This document shows positions 27,922 to 36,925 of a DNA stretch of 64,000 nucleotides, in pieces (the stretch's first letter is position 1; every line of letters starts with the position of its first letter). The notes below the pieces were generated by a model. That model saw nothing but the letters and a program-made list of their open reading frames with translations, ran no database searches and was not told the origin of the DNA. Location of the stretch: positions 9,363-73,362 of the forward strand of contig JAXMDE010000017.1 of assembly GCA_046349015.1 (NCBI GenBank), given 5' to 3'. A program made the translations under genes and the position numbers. This DNA comes from Bradyrhizobium sp. Its GTDB lineage: Bacteria; Pseudomonadota; Alphaproteobacteria; Rhizobiales; Xanthobacteraceae.

Positions 27922-28710
27922 TCAGCCGTTCTTGCGCTGCCCCCTCAGCGTCGGCAGCCCGATGCCGGCGGCGTCGAAGCCGCCATCCACCGCAAGGAGC
28001 TGTCCGGTGATGTAGCTGGCGCGGTCGCTGCACAGGAAGAAGATCGCCTCCGCCAGCTCTTCCTCCAGCCCGTAGCGATTGAGCGGAATCGCATCGTGAT
28101 AGTCGGCGCGGATTTCCGGCGTGTGCACGGCTTTGGCCATCGCGGTCTCGACCGGGCCGGGCGCCACAGCGTTGACGCGGATACCGAGCGCGGCGAGTTC
28201 GACCGCGAGCTGCTTGGTGAGATGCGCCAGCGCCGCCTTGCTGGTCCCATAGGCCGAGCGCAGCGTGGAGGCGCGTACTCCCGAGATCGAAGTGATGTTG
28301 ACGATGGCGCCGCCGCCGTGCTCGCGCATCAGGGGCACGGCGGCCTTGGTGCACAGGAACGGCCCCGTGAGGTTCACCTCCATGATCCGGTTCCAGTCGG
28401 CATCGGACGTTTCCAGGACCGAGGAAAACACGGCTACACCCGCATTGTTGACCAGCGCGTCGAGCCGGCCAAAGCGCTTGTGGAGATCGTCGATCGCCGC
28501 AGCGACGCCTCCGGTATCGGAAACGTCGCAATGCAGCGCCAGCGTATTGCCGGGATCGGCGATCGCAGCGACCGCATTCTTGAGGAGTTCGCCCTCGATA
28601 TCCAGCAGCGCCACGCGAAAGCCGTCGGCGAGGAAGCGCTTGGCGGTCGCAAGCCCAATGCCGCGCGCGGCTCCGGTAATGAGGGCGACTTTGGGCGCGG
28701 AGTTTGTCAT
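27922..28710 (-). CDS. SDR-family oxidoreductase
   Basis: TGAARGIG, NNAG, YGTSK and NAVAPG motifs. Confidence 0.93.
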   Translation of the reverse strand: MTNSAPKVALITGAARGIGLATAKRFLADGFRVALLDIEGELLKNAVAAIADPGNTLALHCDVSDTGGVAAAIDDLHKRFGRLDALVNNAGVAVFSSVLETSDADWNRIMEVNLTGPFLCTKAAVPLMREHGGGAIVNITSISGVRASTLRSAYGTSKAALAHLTKQLAVELAALGIRVNAVAPGPVETAMAKAVHTPEIRADYHDAIPLNRYGLEEELAEAIFFLCSDRASYITGQLLAVDGGFDAAGIGLPTLRGQRKNG

Positions 28711-28801
28711 CGGTATTCTCGGGCTCGTGGTCAGGGTCGCTGGCGCAAATGTGCCGCGTCTGCTCTCTTATGTCAGGTTTGTTCAGCCGGAAAGGCAGCC
28801 C

Positions 28802-29182
28802 ATGAAGATCATCGAGCCCCGCGATGGCATCCTGGAACAGTGGCGCGCGGGCGTCGAAACCCGCATGGTCGCCTCGGCGCTGAACGGCGCGGCCCAACTA
28901 TGCATCTTCGAGCAGTGGGTTGCGCCCGGTCACGGTGCGCCCACCCATTCGCACCCCTGCGAGGAAGTACTGACGGTGCGCGACGGCGCGGCCGAGATGT
29001 GGATGGACGGCGAGCGCACGCATGTGGCGGCGGGCCAGTCGCTGGTCGTGCCCGCCGGCCGCCTGCACGGCTTTCGCAATTACGGCATGTCGACCCTGCA
29101 CATCCACGCCGTGCTGGCCTCGCCGATCTTCGAGGCGTTTCCGGAAGGGGCTGCTGAAATGACGCGGCGGTGGACGGCCTGA
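28802..29182 (+). CDS. cupin domain protein
   Basis: APTHSHPCEE...PAGRLHGF cupin motifs. Confidence 0.85.
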   Translation: MKIIEPRDGILEQWRAGVETRMVASALNGAAQLCIFEQWVAPGHGAPTHSHPCEEVLTVRDGAAEMWMDGERTHVAAGQSLVVPAGRLHGFRNYGMSTLHIHAVLASPIFEAFPEGAAEMTRRWTA

Positions 29183-29189
29183 ACGGGCT

Positions 29190-30857
29190 TCAGGCGGCAA
29201 GCTCCGCAGACGCCTTCTGCATGTTGGAGGCCATGTCAGAGGTGACGATGCTTTGCTCCTCCACGGCTGCCGCGGTGGAAGCGATGAACTCGTTCACGCT
29301 CTCGATTGCGCCCTTGATCGCCCCCAGCGAGCCCGCAACGTCGCCGGCGATATTGTTGAGCGATTCGATCTCTCGCGAGATCGTTTCTGTCGCGCTCTTG
29401 GCCTGATTGGCGAGGTTCTTCACCTCCGACGCAACCACCGCAAAGCCCCGGCCGGCTTCGCCCGCCCGCGCCGACTCGATGGTCGCGTTCAGGGCGAGCA
29501 GATTGATCTGGCCGGTGATATCGGTAATCAGCTGAACAATTCCACCCATCGCCTGCGCCGCCGTGTTGAGCCGATGCGCCTGCTGGTCGGCGGCCTCGAC
29601 CTTTGAGGTCGCCATGACGGCGGTTTCGCGCGACTTGCTCATGGTCTCCGATATCTCGCGGATCGAAGCGCTCATCTCCTCGCTGCCGGCGGCAACCGAA
29701 TCGATGAGCTCCCGCGCGGCTTCCGCCTTTTTCCGTCCGATCGCCTGAGCGGTGATGTCGGTCGCGTATTTGACGACCTTGAACGGCTTTCCGTTGAGAT
29801 CGAGGATCGGATTGTAGGATGCCTGGATCCAGATTTCGCGACCGCCCTTGGCGATGCGCTTGTACTCGGCGGCGCGGAACTGGCCGCGGTTGAGGCTCTC
29901 CCAGAATTCCTGATAGGCGACCGAGTCGCGCTCCTTCGGCTCGACGAACATGCGGTGATGCTTGCCCAGGATTTCGGCCAGCGAATAGCCCATCGCGGTG
30001 AGGAAATTCTCGTTGGCGGTGCGGATGGTGCCGTCCATGTTGAATTCGATCACGGCCTGCGACTTGATGATGGCCGCGATCTGGCCGTCACTGTCCGCAG
30101 CCTTCAATTTCTGCTGCGTCACGTCGGTGGCGAATTTCACCACCTTGAACGGCTTGCCGGATTCGTCCAGGATCGGATTATAGGTGGCAAGGATCCAGAT
30201 TTCGCGGCCGCCCTTGGCGATGCGCTTGAATTCACCCGCCTCGAACTGGCCGCGGTTGAGCCGCGCCCAGAAATCGCGATAGCCGTCGCTGTGCCGGTCC
30301 TGCGGCGCTACGAACATGCTGTGATGCTGGCCGCGGATTTCGTCGAGCGCATAGCCCATCGCGTTCAGGAAGTTCTGGTTGGCGTCGACGATGGTGCCGT
30401 CCAGGTCGAATTCGATCACGGCCTGCGCGCGGCCGATCGCGTCGATCTTGCCGGCGTCCTCCATGTTCTTGATCTTCTGCGCGGTGATGTCGGTGGCGAT
30501 CTTGACCACGCCGCTTGGCTTGCCGGCGGAATCGAGGATCGGATTGTAGGACGCCTGGATCCAGATTTCTCTGCCGCCCTTGCCGAAGCGCTTGTACTGC
30601 GCGGCCTGGAATTCGCCGCGGCCGAGCTTTGCCCAGAAATCGCGATAGGCCGCGCTTTCGCGTTCGACGGGGTCCACGAACATGCTGTGATTCCTGCCCC
30701 GGATCTCGTCAAGCGAATAGCCCATGGTCTTGAGGAAGTTTTCGTTGGCAGTGACGATCGTGCCGTCGAGCCCGAACTCGATCATGGCCTGCGACTTGGT
30801 GATCGCTGCCGCCTGTGCCAGCGCATGGTTGATCATCTTTTGCCGTGATCCAAACAT
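29190..30857 (-). CDS. soluble methyl-accepting chemotaxis protein with three PAS-PAC domains
   Basis: Three ~122-aa repeats (SQAVIEF...ANENFL...WIQASYNPI...VKYATD), then [31 protein letters not shown]. No TM helix. Confidence 0.92.
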   Translation of the reverse strand: MFGSRQKMINHALAQAAAITKSQAMIEFGLDGTIVTANENFLKTMGYSLDEIRGRNHSMFVDPVERESAAYRDFWAKLGRGEFQAAQYKRFGKGGREIWIQASYNPILDSAGKPSGVVKIATDITAQKIKNMEDAGKIDAIGRAQAVIEFDLDGTIVDANQNFLNAMGYALDEIRGQHHSMFVAPQDRHSDGYRDFWARLNRGQFEAGEFKRIAKGGREIWILATYNPILDESGKPFKVVKFATDVTQQKLKAADSDGQIAAIIKSQAVIEFNMDGTIRTANENFLTAMGYSLAEILGKHHRMFVEPKERDSVAYQEFWESLNRGQFRAAEYKRIAKGGREIWIQASYNPILDLNGKPFKVVKYATDITAQAIGRKKAEAARELIDSVAAGSEEMSASIREISETMSKSRETAVMATSKVEAADQQAHRLNTAAQAMGGIVQLITDITGQINLLALNATIESARAGEAGRGFAVVASEVKNLANQAKSATETISREIESLNNIAGDVAGSLGAIKGAIESVNEFIASTAAAVEEQSIVTSDMASNMQKASAELAA

Positions 30858-31257
30858 AGCGTCCTCTGATCGGGTTACACCTTTAGGAAGAAAGTACCGA
30901 CGAATCATCCAAAGAATGATAGTGTTTCATGAAGGGTTCGGTGGACGAGCCCACCGTAGGAATACGGGTGTGAAGGTTTATCGGTGCATCGCGCGCTTTC
31001 AGTTCCGGCAAGCCTGTCAGCGCTGCTTGGGGTGACGCCGGAGTGCCTTTGGCCACGATCGATGCAAGGAATTTCGACATTTGGCTCATCCGCAGGAATC
31101 GCCATCCGATCATCGGCTGATCGTTGGACCTTCGAGCGGGGGGAGTTGCCTGAGACGCCAATATCCTGGGACAGAAGGTCTCGGTCATATGCATCGTGTC
31201 AACGCCGGACCGGGCCGTCGAACAGCTGTCCTGGCAACACGAGCGTCTTCACGAAGC

Positions 31258-31506
31258 TCACCTTGCCGCACGTGCCGGCAATTTCAGGGGCCCCGATCCC
31301 CATTCAAAATTCCATACGGGCTGGGTCGCCTCCACTCCCGTCACGAAGACACGAAGAAATTCCTCGTCCTCGGGATCCGCGCCGTTCTCGAAAACCCAGA
31401 CGACTTCCCATTCATCGGCGAGCGGCAGAACCTCTGTGTGCCCGGCGTCTTGCTCCGCGGTTCGCCATTTGGCCCAATAGAAACCGGATCGCTGAGGGAT
31501 TTTCAT
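31258..31506 (-). CDS. hypothetical protein (82 aa, Trp/Glu-rich)
   Basis: GAGAGG RBS; MKIPQRSGFYWAKWR...WEVVWV...WNFEWG. Confidence 0.6.
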   Translation of the reverse strand: MKIPQRSGFYWAKWRTAEQDAGHTEVLPLADEWEVVWVFENGADPEDEEFLRVFVTGVEATQPVWNFEWGSGPLKLPARAAR

Positions 31507-31863
31507 GGTGCCTCTCATCGCTGATAGGGAAGGCTCGACGCGTTCAACAACATGCTGTGATCCGGTTGCACGACAAATGGCGCATCACACCGAAGAAGTG
31601 CCAGTTTGAGTCGAATACGAAGTTTGCTGCTTCGCGTTAAACTTACGTCTGCGAAATCTTCCACGTCCTTTATGCGTCCATAAGAGATGGGGAAGTTTTT
31701 ATGCCTCCATAAAATGAGAACTAAGCCTCCGGCTGATCGGCTCATAACCGACAGCTATTGGTAGTGGTTCGGTTCGACCGGTTACGCACATAACGAAAAT
31801 TTATATGTCTATCAAAAGTTGTCGTCGTAGGAAGTTCACGTCATCATTTGGAAATAGAATCAT

Positions 31864-32769
31864 ATGTTTCGGATGTCGACACAAAATATTCCCATCGAGT
31901 GCATTCGGACCCTCGTAACAATCGCCGAGGCGGGCAGCCTTTCGAAAGCGGCAGAACGGCTGGGACTGAGCCAGCCGGCCATCAGCGCGCAGGTCAAGCG
32001 CATTCAAACGCTCGTTGGAGGAGAGCTGTTCATCAAGACGGCCAACGGCACGTCATTGACCGAACTCGGGCAGCTGGCGCTGCAGCAGGCGCGCCGCATA
32101 CTGGATGCGAACGATCAAATTCTGCATCTGGGCGGGGACGCAAAGCAGATGCTGTGCCGCGTCGGAATCACCAGTGTTTTCGCCAACCAGCTTTTTGAGT
32201 CTCTTGAAAGCGAGGTCCGGTCCCGCATTTTCATTCACGCGGACCATTCGATCCTGATCCGCAAGGGGATCATCGAGGGCTACATCGATGTCGGCTGCAT
32301 GTTTTCGCCCAATGCCTACCAGCCGCAGATCGAGGACGCGATCGTCGAAGAGCATCCGATGACGATGACGTGGGTCAAGTCCCGGAAATTTGCCCTGAGC
32401 CCCGGCGCGCCACTTCCCATTATCACGCTGCCCGAGGACGATTGGATGATCGGGCCCCTTCAGAGAAAGGGATCGCCATATCGCATCGTTCTCAAGAGCG
32501 CGGACCACTCGATTCGCGTGGCAGCCGTCAGGGCATCGATCGGCCTGACGGCGATGCCGGAAAGTGTCGTTCCCCCCGATCTGGTCAAGGCAAGCGACTA
32601 CTATCTTCCGGCGCTGGCGCAGCATCGGGCCTTGATCTGCGTTCGCAGGGGCATTGATTCGCTGGGGGCCATGGAAATTGCCCGCAAGGTATCGGCAGCG
32701 CTGTTTCCCACGCATGGCGTGCAGGTCGAACGGGGGCTTTCCGATCGCCAGCGGCGCCGGGCACCTTGA
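31864..32769 (+). CDS. LysR-family transcriptional regulator
   Basis: GSLSKAAERLGLSQPAISAQVKRI HTH. Alternative start at 31873. Confidence 0.9.
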   Translation: MFRMSTQNIPIECIRTLVTIAEAGSLSKAAERLGLSQPAISAQVKRIQTLVGGELFIKTANGTSLTELGQLALQQARRILDANDQILHLGGDAKQMLCRVGITSVFANQLFESLESEVRSRIFIHADHSILIRKGIIEGYIDVGCMFSPNAYQPQIEDAIVEEHPMTMTWVKSRKFALSPGAPLPIITLPEDDWMIGPLQRKGSPYRIVLKSADHSIRVAAVRASIGLTAMPESVVPPDLVKASDYYLPALAQHRALICVRRGIDSLGAMEIARKVSAALFPTHGVQVERGLSDRQRRRAP

Positions 32770-32890
32770 TCGGCGGCAGGTGACGCGGTCGCGGCGTTAT
32801 GGCCGTCGGTTGACCGCTCTGGGCCGGGCTGCCGGGCGGGCTCGCCGCCGTGATGGCCAACTCCACCGTCTGAAATAATTCCTTGGGGCC

Positions 32891-32917
32891 TGTCGGCACC
32901 GCAAGCCTGCGTCCGTC
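32891..32917 (+). promoter_or_regulatory. ECF42-type promoter candidate
   Basis: TGTCGG-N17-CGTC upstream of a DGPF/YciI gene. Confidence 0.5.
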
Positions 32918-32970
32918 TTGTTGACGAGCCGCCCGCGATGGCGCGCCCAGGGTTCGAAATGGAGCTACCC

Positions 32971-33384
32971 ATGCGATTCATGATGTTGATGATTCCCGGC
33001 GGCTATGAGGCGGCCGCGCCCGGCACCATGCCGCCGGCCGACGCGGTGGCCGCGATGATGAAGTACAACGAGGCGCTCAGGGATGCCGGCGTGCTGATCA
33101 CGCTGGATGGCCTGCACCCGCCGTCGATGGGCGCGCGCGTGTCCTTTGCCAACGGCAAGCCCGTCGTCACCGACGGCCCCTTCACCGAGTCCAAGGAAGT
33201 TCTCGGCGGCTACTGGATGATCGAGGTGAAGTCGCGCGCGGAGGCGATCGAATGGGCGAAGAAATGCCCGGCCTCCGCCAGCGAGGTCATCGAGATCCGC
33301 CAGGTGCAGGAAATGTCGGACTTCCCGCAGGATGTGCAGGAAGCCGCCGCAGGCTTTGCCGAACTGAAGCGCGGCACGCGCTGA
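32971..33384 (+). CDS. YciI/DGPF-domain protein
   Basis: VTDGPFTESKEVLGGYWMI signature. Confidence 0.92.
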   Translation: MRFMMLMIPGGYEAAAPGTMPPADAVAAMMKYNEALRDAGVLITLDGLHPPSMGARVSFANGKPVVTDGPFTESKEVLGGYWMIEVKSRAEAIEWAKKCPASASEVIEIRQVQEMSDFPQDVQEAAAGFAELKRGTR

Positions 33385-33387
33385 TCA

Positions 33388-33436
33388 GAGCATGATCGCG
33401 GAAAAGTGTGAGCGGTTTTCCGAAAGGATCATGCTC
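33388..33436. repeat. GAGCATGATC...GATCATGCTC palindromic repeat, copy 3
   Basis: gagcatgatcgcggaaaagtgtgagcggttttccgaaaggatcatgctc. Confidence 0.75.
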
Positions 33437-33465
33437 AAAACAAAGAAAACGAAAGGAGAAGACCC

Positions 33466-33828
33466 ATGAGCAACGACACCTATCTCGCCGTCTTCCTCGG
33501 CAGCAAGACGAGCCCTAAGATGGCCGCCTGGAACGCGCTGCCGGAGCCGGAGCGGAAAACCAGGGAGCGCGACGGCATCGCCGCCTGGAAGGCCTGGGTG
33601 GAGAAGCACCACGGCTCGATTCTCGAAATGGGCGGGCCGCTCGGCAAGACCAAGAAGGTCGATCCGAAAGGCGTGACCGACATTGCCAACGAGCTCGGCG
33701 CCTTTACCGTGGTGCGTGCCGCCTCGCACGAGGCCGCCGCCAGGATGTTCGAGAACCACCCGCATTTCTCGATCTTCCCCGGGGAACGCGTCGAGATCAT
33801 GCCGGTGCTGCCGATTCCAGCCGGTTAA
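33466..33828 (+). CDS. YciI-related hypothetical protein
   Basis: AGGAG RBS; GGPLGKTKKV...FTVVRAASHEAAA...HPHF...VEIMP. Confidence 0.78.
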   Translation: MSNDTYLAVFLGSKTSPKMAAWNALPEPERKTRERDGIAAWKAWVEKHHGSILEMGGPLGKTKKVDPKGVTDIANELGAFTVVRAASHEAAARMFENHPHFSIFPGERVEIMPVLPIPAG

Positions 33829-33885
33829 CGTTCATTAACAGGGCGGCAGCTGTATTGGCTCGCTAGTGACCTTTGCGTCCGGCTC

Positions 33886-33904
33886 ATGTAAAATATGTTC
33901 ACAT
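33886..33904. promoter_or_regulatory. candidate TetR operator 1
   Basis: ATGTAAAATATGTTCACAT overlapping the TetR start codon; similar to the site at 34687. Confidence 0.55.
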
Positions 33905-34619
33905 GAATTGGCGCAAGGACCAGCGCCGCGCCGAGCGCGGCTATCATCACGGCAATCTGAAGGAGGCGCTGCTGCAGGCGGCGCTTGACCTGATCGCGCA
34001 GAAGGGCGCGGCCGGGTTCACCTTCGCTGATGCCGCCCGCATGGCCGGCGTCAGCCCTGCCGCGCCCTATCGTCATTTCCGCGACCGCGACGAGCTGTTG
34101 GCCAGCATCGCCCAGCGCGGCTTCGAGCAGTTCGAGACGCAGCTTGCCGCGGCCTGGGACGACGGCCGCCCCGACACGGTCACCGCGTTCGAGCGCGTGG
34201 GAAAGGCCTATCTGCGCTTCGCCCGCGAGGAACCGGCGTCCTATTCGGCGATGTTCGAATCAGGCCTTCCCGTCGAAGCCAATCCGGCGCTGCAGGCCGC
34301 TTCCGAGCGCGCCTTCGCCATTATCCGGGCCGCCGCCGAGCGGCTCGCGGCGCTGGCGCCGCCCGGCATGCCGCGTCCTCCGGCGATGATGATGGCGCTG
34401 CACATCTGGTCGATGTCGCACGGCGTTGCCTCGCTGTTCGGGCGCGGCGATGCGGCGCGCCGCAAGCTGCCAATGTCGCCGGAAGAGCTGCTGGAGGCCG
34501 AAGTGCTGATCTATCTGCGCGGTCTTGGCTTTCCGACCGACCGCCGCGACGAAGTGAAGGCCAAATCGGCCGAGCCGCCGCCGGTACCGCCCGGCGGGCC
34601 TTGGGGCCGCCCGAAATAA
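33903..34619 (+). CDS. TetR/AcrR-family regulator (WHG-type C-terminus)
   Basis: YHHGNLKEALL, AGVSPAAPYRHF and WSMSHGVA motifs. Confidence 0.92.
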   Translation: MNWRKDQRRAERGYHHGNLKEALLQAALDLIAQKGAAGFTFADAARMAGVSPAAPYRHFRDRDELLASIAQRGFEQFETQLAAAWDDGRPDTVTAFERVGKAYLRFAREEPASYSAMFESGLPVEANPALQAASERAFAIIRAAAERLAALAPPGMPRPPAMMMALHIWSMSHGVASLFGRGDAARRKLPMSPEELLEAEVLIYLRGLGFPTDRRDEVKAKSAEPPPVPPGGPWGRPK

Positions 34620-34658
34620 GATTCCAAAAATAAGTTGGCGGACGCCCCTGGCGGCCCG

Positions 34659-34705
34659 CTTGACAATCCCGAGGGATCGGCTATCTATGTAAATGTTATT
34701 TACAT
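34659..34705 (+). promoter_or_regulatory. sigma70-type promoter plus candidate TetR operator 2
   Basis: CTTGAC-N16-CTATCT followed directly by the palindrome ATGTAAAT-GTT-ATTTACAT (34687-34705). Confidence 0.65.
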
Positions 34706-34739
34706 TCACAACGGCGTGATGCCGTGATGGAGAAGGGAA

Positions 34740-35228
34740 ATGGCCTACACCGCTGACGTCAATCGCTGGCGCGGCCCGGCCCCCGAGGGGGAAGCCTATT
34801 ACCGCCCGCGCATGCTCGATACGCCATGGCATCCGGGCTGGATCGCCGTGACGATCCTCGGCTTCATCATCTGGTGGCCGATCGGACTTGCCCTTCTCTT
34901 TTTCACACTCGGGAGCAGAAAAATGGGTTGCTGGAGCCACCACGATCGCGATCGCTGGGCCAACAAGATGGAGCGGATGCAGTACAAGATGGACCGCATG
35001 CGCGGCCGCATGGAGCGCGGCGGCTGGGGCTTTGGCCCGCCGACGTCAGGCAATCGCGCCTTTGACGAATACCGCGCCGAAACGCTGCGCCGGCTCGAGG
35101 AGGAGCAGCAGGAATTCAAGGATTTCCTGGCCCGCCTGCGCCACGCCAAGGACAAGGAAGAGTTCGACGCCTTCATGGCGCAGCACAAGAATCGCCCGAC
35201 GCCGCCGAACGACCAGCCGCAGTCGTAA
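34740..35228 (+). CDS. DUF2852 domain protein
   Basis: GFIIWWPIGLA, SGNRAFDEYRAETLRRLEEEQ and AKDKEEFDAFM motifs. Confidence 0.9.
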   Translation: MAYTADVNRWRGPAPEGEAYYRPRMLDTPWHPGWIAVTILGFIIWWPIGLALLFFTLGSRKMGCWSHHDRDRWANKMERMQYKMDRMRGRMERGGWGFGPPTSGNRAFDEYRAETLRRLEEEQQEFKDFLARLRHAKDKEEFDAFMAQHKNRPTPPNDQPQS

Positions 35229-35280
35229 CCACACAGGTTAGCGTTCAGGCAGAAGCCCCCAAAGTCCTGAACGGCCGCGA

Positions 35281-35312
35281 GCCGCCCGTTTGCGCAAGCA
35301 GACGGGCGGTTT
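35281..35312 (+). terminator. intrinsic terminator after DUF2852
   Basis: gccgcccgtttgc-gcaa-gcagacgggcggt-tt hairpin. Confidence 0.6.
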
Positions 35313-35351
35313 GCTTATGCGCTGCTATGGGAGAACGGCGCCCGGAAACGC

Positions 35352-35419
35352 AAAAGACCGCCGGGCCACGCCCTGGCGGTCTTGAGCTGCCCTTTGGGGG
35401 CAGGTGCGATCGTCACGCG
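35352..35419 (-). ncRNA. candidate small RNA (~68 nt)
   Basis: Minus-strand TTGACG-N17-GATATT promoter (35453-35425), then three stems, the last a terminator AAGACCGCC...GGCGGTCTTTT. Confidence 0.55.
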
Positions 35420-35524
35420 CCATCAATATCGCCAAGCTTCTGATTCTCGTCAAGGGGCCGGAAGGCGGTGGAGCAGGGCGAAGTCGGACACGCGATCCAA
35501 ACTCATCACGTTTCCGGGAGGAGC

Positions 35525-35556
35525 GATGGGTTTCGCTGGCGCCTTGCCCGTCCTAC
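35525..35556. repeat. degenerate GTAG-type REP
   Basis: gatgggtttcgc...tgcccgtcctac is the reverse complement of GTAGGACGGGCA...GCGAAACCCATC. Confidence 0.5.
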
Positions 35557-35592
35557 ATTTGCTGACATGGTCGGCGTAGTGGAGAGAGCAAC

Positions 35593-36345
35593 ATGGCGTC
35601 TGCGCAAGAACTCTGGCGAGCGGTGCGTCGCGAGGCGGAGGCGGTCGCAGCCGGCGATCCCGTGCTTGCACCATCGCTGGCAAGATCCATCCTAGATCAT
35701 GGCGGTCTCGGAAGCGCGGTCGCACGCCAGATCGGACAGCGGCTGGGCGCCCACGATGACGACTGCGCGCGGTTCGAGCGCGTGGCAAACGAGGCGTTTG
35801 TTTCGACGCCAGAACTCGTGGAAGCCGCGTGCCTCGACCTGCAAAGTATCGTCCGCCACGATCCCGCGGTGACGGCACTGCTGCCGCCGCTTCTGAACTT
35901 CAAGGGCTATGTCGCCCTGCAGGCCTGGCGCGTCTCGAACTGGCTCTGGGGCCGCGGCCGCACCGATTTCGCGCTGATGATGCAAAGCGCTTCCTCCGAG
36001 CGCCTGCAGGTCAGCATCCATCCTTCGGCCGCGATCGGCACCTCTGTCTTCCTCGATCACGCCACCGGCATCATCATCGGCGCATTGTCGGCGATCAGCG
36101 ACGAGGTGACGATCATGCAGAACGTCACCATCGGGCGGAAGCCTGACAATCCAGCGCAGGCCCCGCGCGTCGGGCGCGGCGTGCTGCTGTCTTCCGGTTC
36201 AAGCGTGATCGGCGACATCGCCATCGGCGATTTCGCCAGGATCGGCGCAGGTGCCGTCGTTACCGGCGACGTGCCGGCCGGCTGCACCGCCGTCGGCGTG
36301 CCGGCGCGGCTGACCAATTGCCCGGAGGGTGCGATCCCTGCGTAG
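35593..36345 (+). CDS. serine O-acetyltransferase (CysE-like paralog)
   Basis: DPAV...NFKGY, IHPSAAIG, LDHATGIIIG, hexapeptide repeats and VGVPAR. Confidence 0.85.
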   Translation: MASAQELWRAVRREAEAVAAGDPVLAPSLARSILDHGGLGSAVARQIGQRLGAHDDDCARFERVANEAFVSTPELVEAACLDLQSIVRHDPAVTALLPPLLNFKGYVALQAWRVSNWLWGRGRTDFALMMQSASSERLQVSIHPSAAIGTSVFLDHATGIIIGALSAISDEVTIMQNVTIGRKPDNPAQAPRVGRGVLLSSGSSVIGDIAIGDFARIGAGAVVTGDVPAGCTAVGVPARLTNCPEGAIPA

Positions 36346-36449
36346 CGTTGAGAACGTTTCGCAATGGCGTCTCCAGCGTAACAATGTTCGCCGGCGCGCC
36401 GCCGGCCTTCCGCCTTGTAAACACCAGGCGCCGACGCTAACTACCGCCC

Positions 36450-36812
36450 ATGGCAACCGGCCCTGCGACTGAGCCCTTTTCGAAGCGTCCGCAACCGCGG
36501 CGCTGGCGTAGCGCGCTCGCGGCGCTGATCTCGATCGCGCTGGCGATGTCCTTCCTGCATGGCCTCGACTTTGACACGGGTGACGGTGCCGCCGATGTCG
36601 CTTCCGTCCAGACCGGCTGCGATCCCGCGGGCAAGGCGCCCGCCGACTGGGGCGCGCCGCATGGCGACCATTGCCTCGCTCATGTCTCGACGGTGGCGAC
36701 GCAGGACAGCGCCGTGCCGATCGAATATGTCGCGCGTCGTGAACGCCTTGCCGCCGTGCTGATGCCCGAGGCGGCCGACCTCGCTTCTCCCTTCAAGCCA
36801 CCCCGCGCCTGA
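36450..36812 (+). CDS. CzcI/DUF2946-like exported His/Cys-rich leader protein
   Basis: Basic-hydrophobic signal segment, HGDHCLAH, C-terminal FKPPRA; first gene of the czc operon. Confidence 0.65.
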   Translation: MATGPATEPFSKRPQPRRWRSALAALISIALAMSFLHGLDFDTGDGAADVASVQTGCDPAGKAPADWGAPHGDHCLAHVSTVATQDSAVPIEYVARRERLAAVLMPEAADLASPFKPPRA

Positions 36813-36925
36813 TCCGGCCGCTACGGCCGATGCAGCTCCCTCGCATGAGGGCGAGCGGAGCCCCACGCTTTGATTGATCGAGCATGCGCGCAGGCCGAAC
36901 CGGCCGCGTGCCGGGAAGGCTCAGG

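Noticed and set aside
29750-30800. Regularly spaced repeats as a CRISPR-like or other non-coding array
   Set aside because: They are in-frame PAS-PAC domain repeats of the chemoreceptor.
30990-31100. Possible c-di-GMP-I riboswitch upstream of the PAS-MCP
   Set aside because: Only fragments (CAAAG..., GACAG...TTGCCG) resemble the motif; the P1 GNRA hairpin and GCAAA core are missing.
33825-33838. TTAA-N6-TTAA here and at 57026-57039 as CtrA boxes
   Set aside because: Spacer is 6 rather than 7 nt.
36378-36390. GTAAC-AAT-GTTCG as a Zur-like box before the czc leader
   Set aside because: Imperfect short palindrome; too weak without comparative support.
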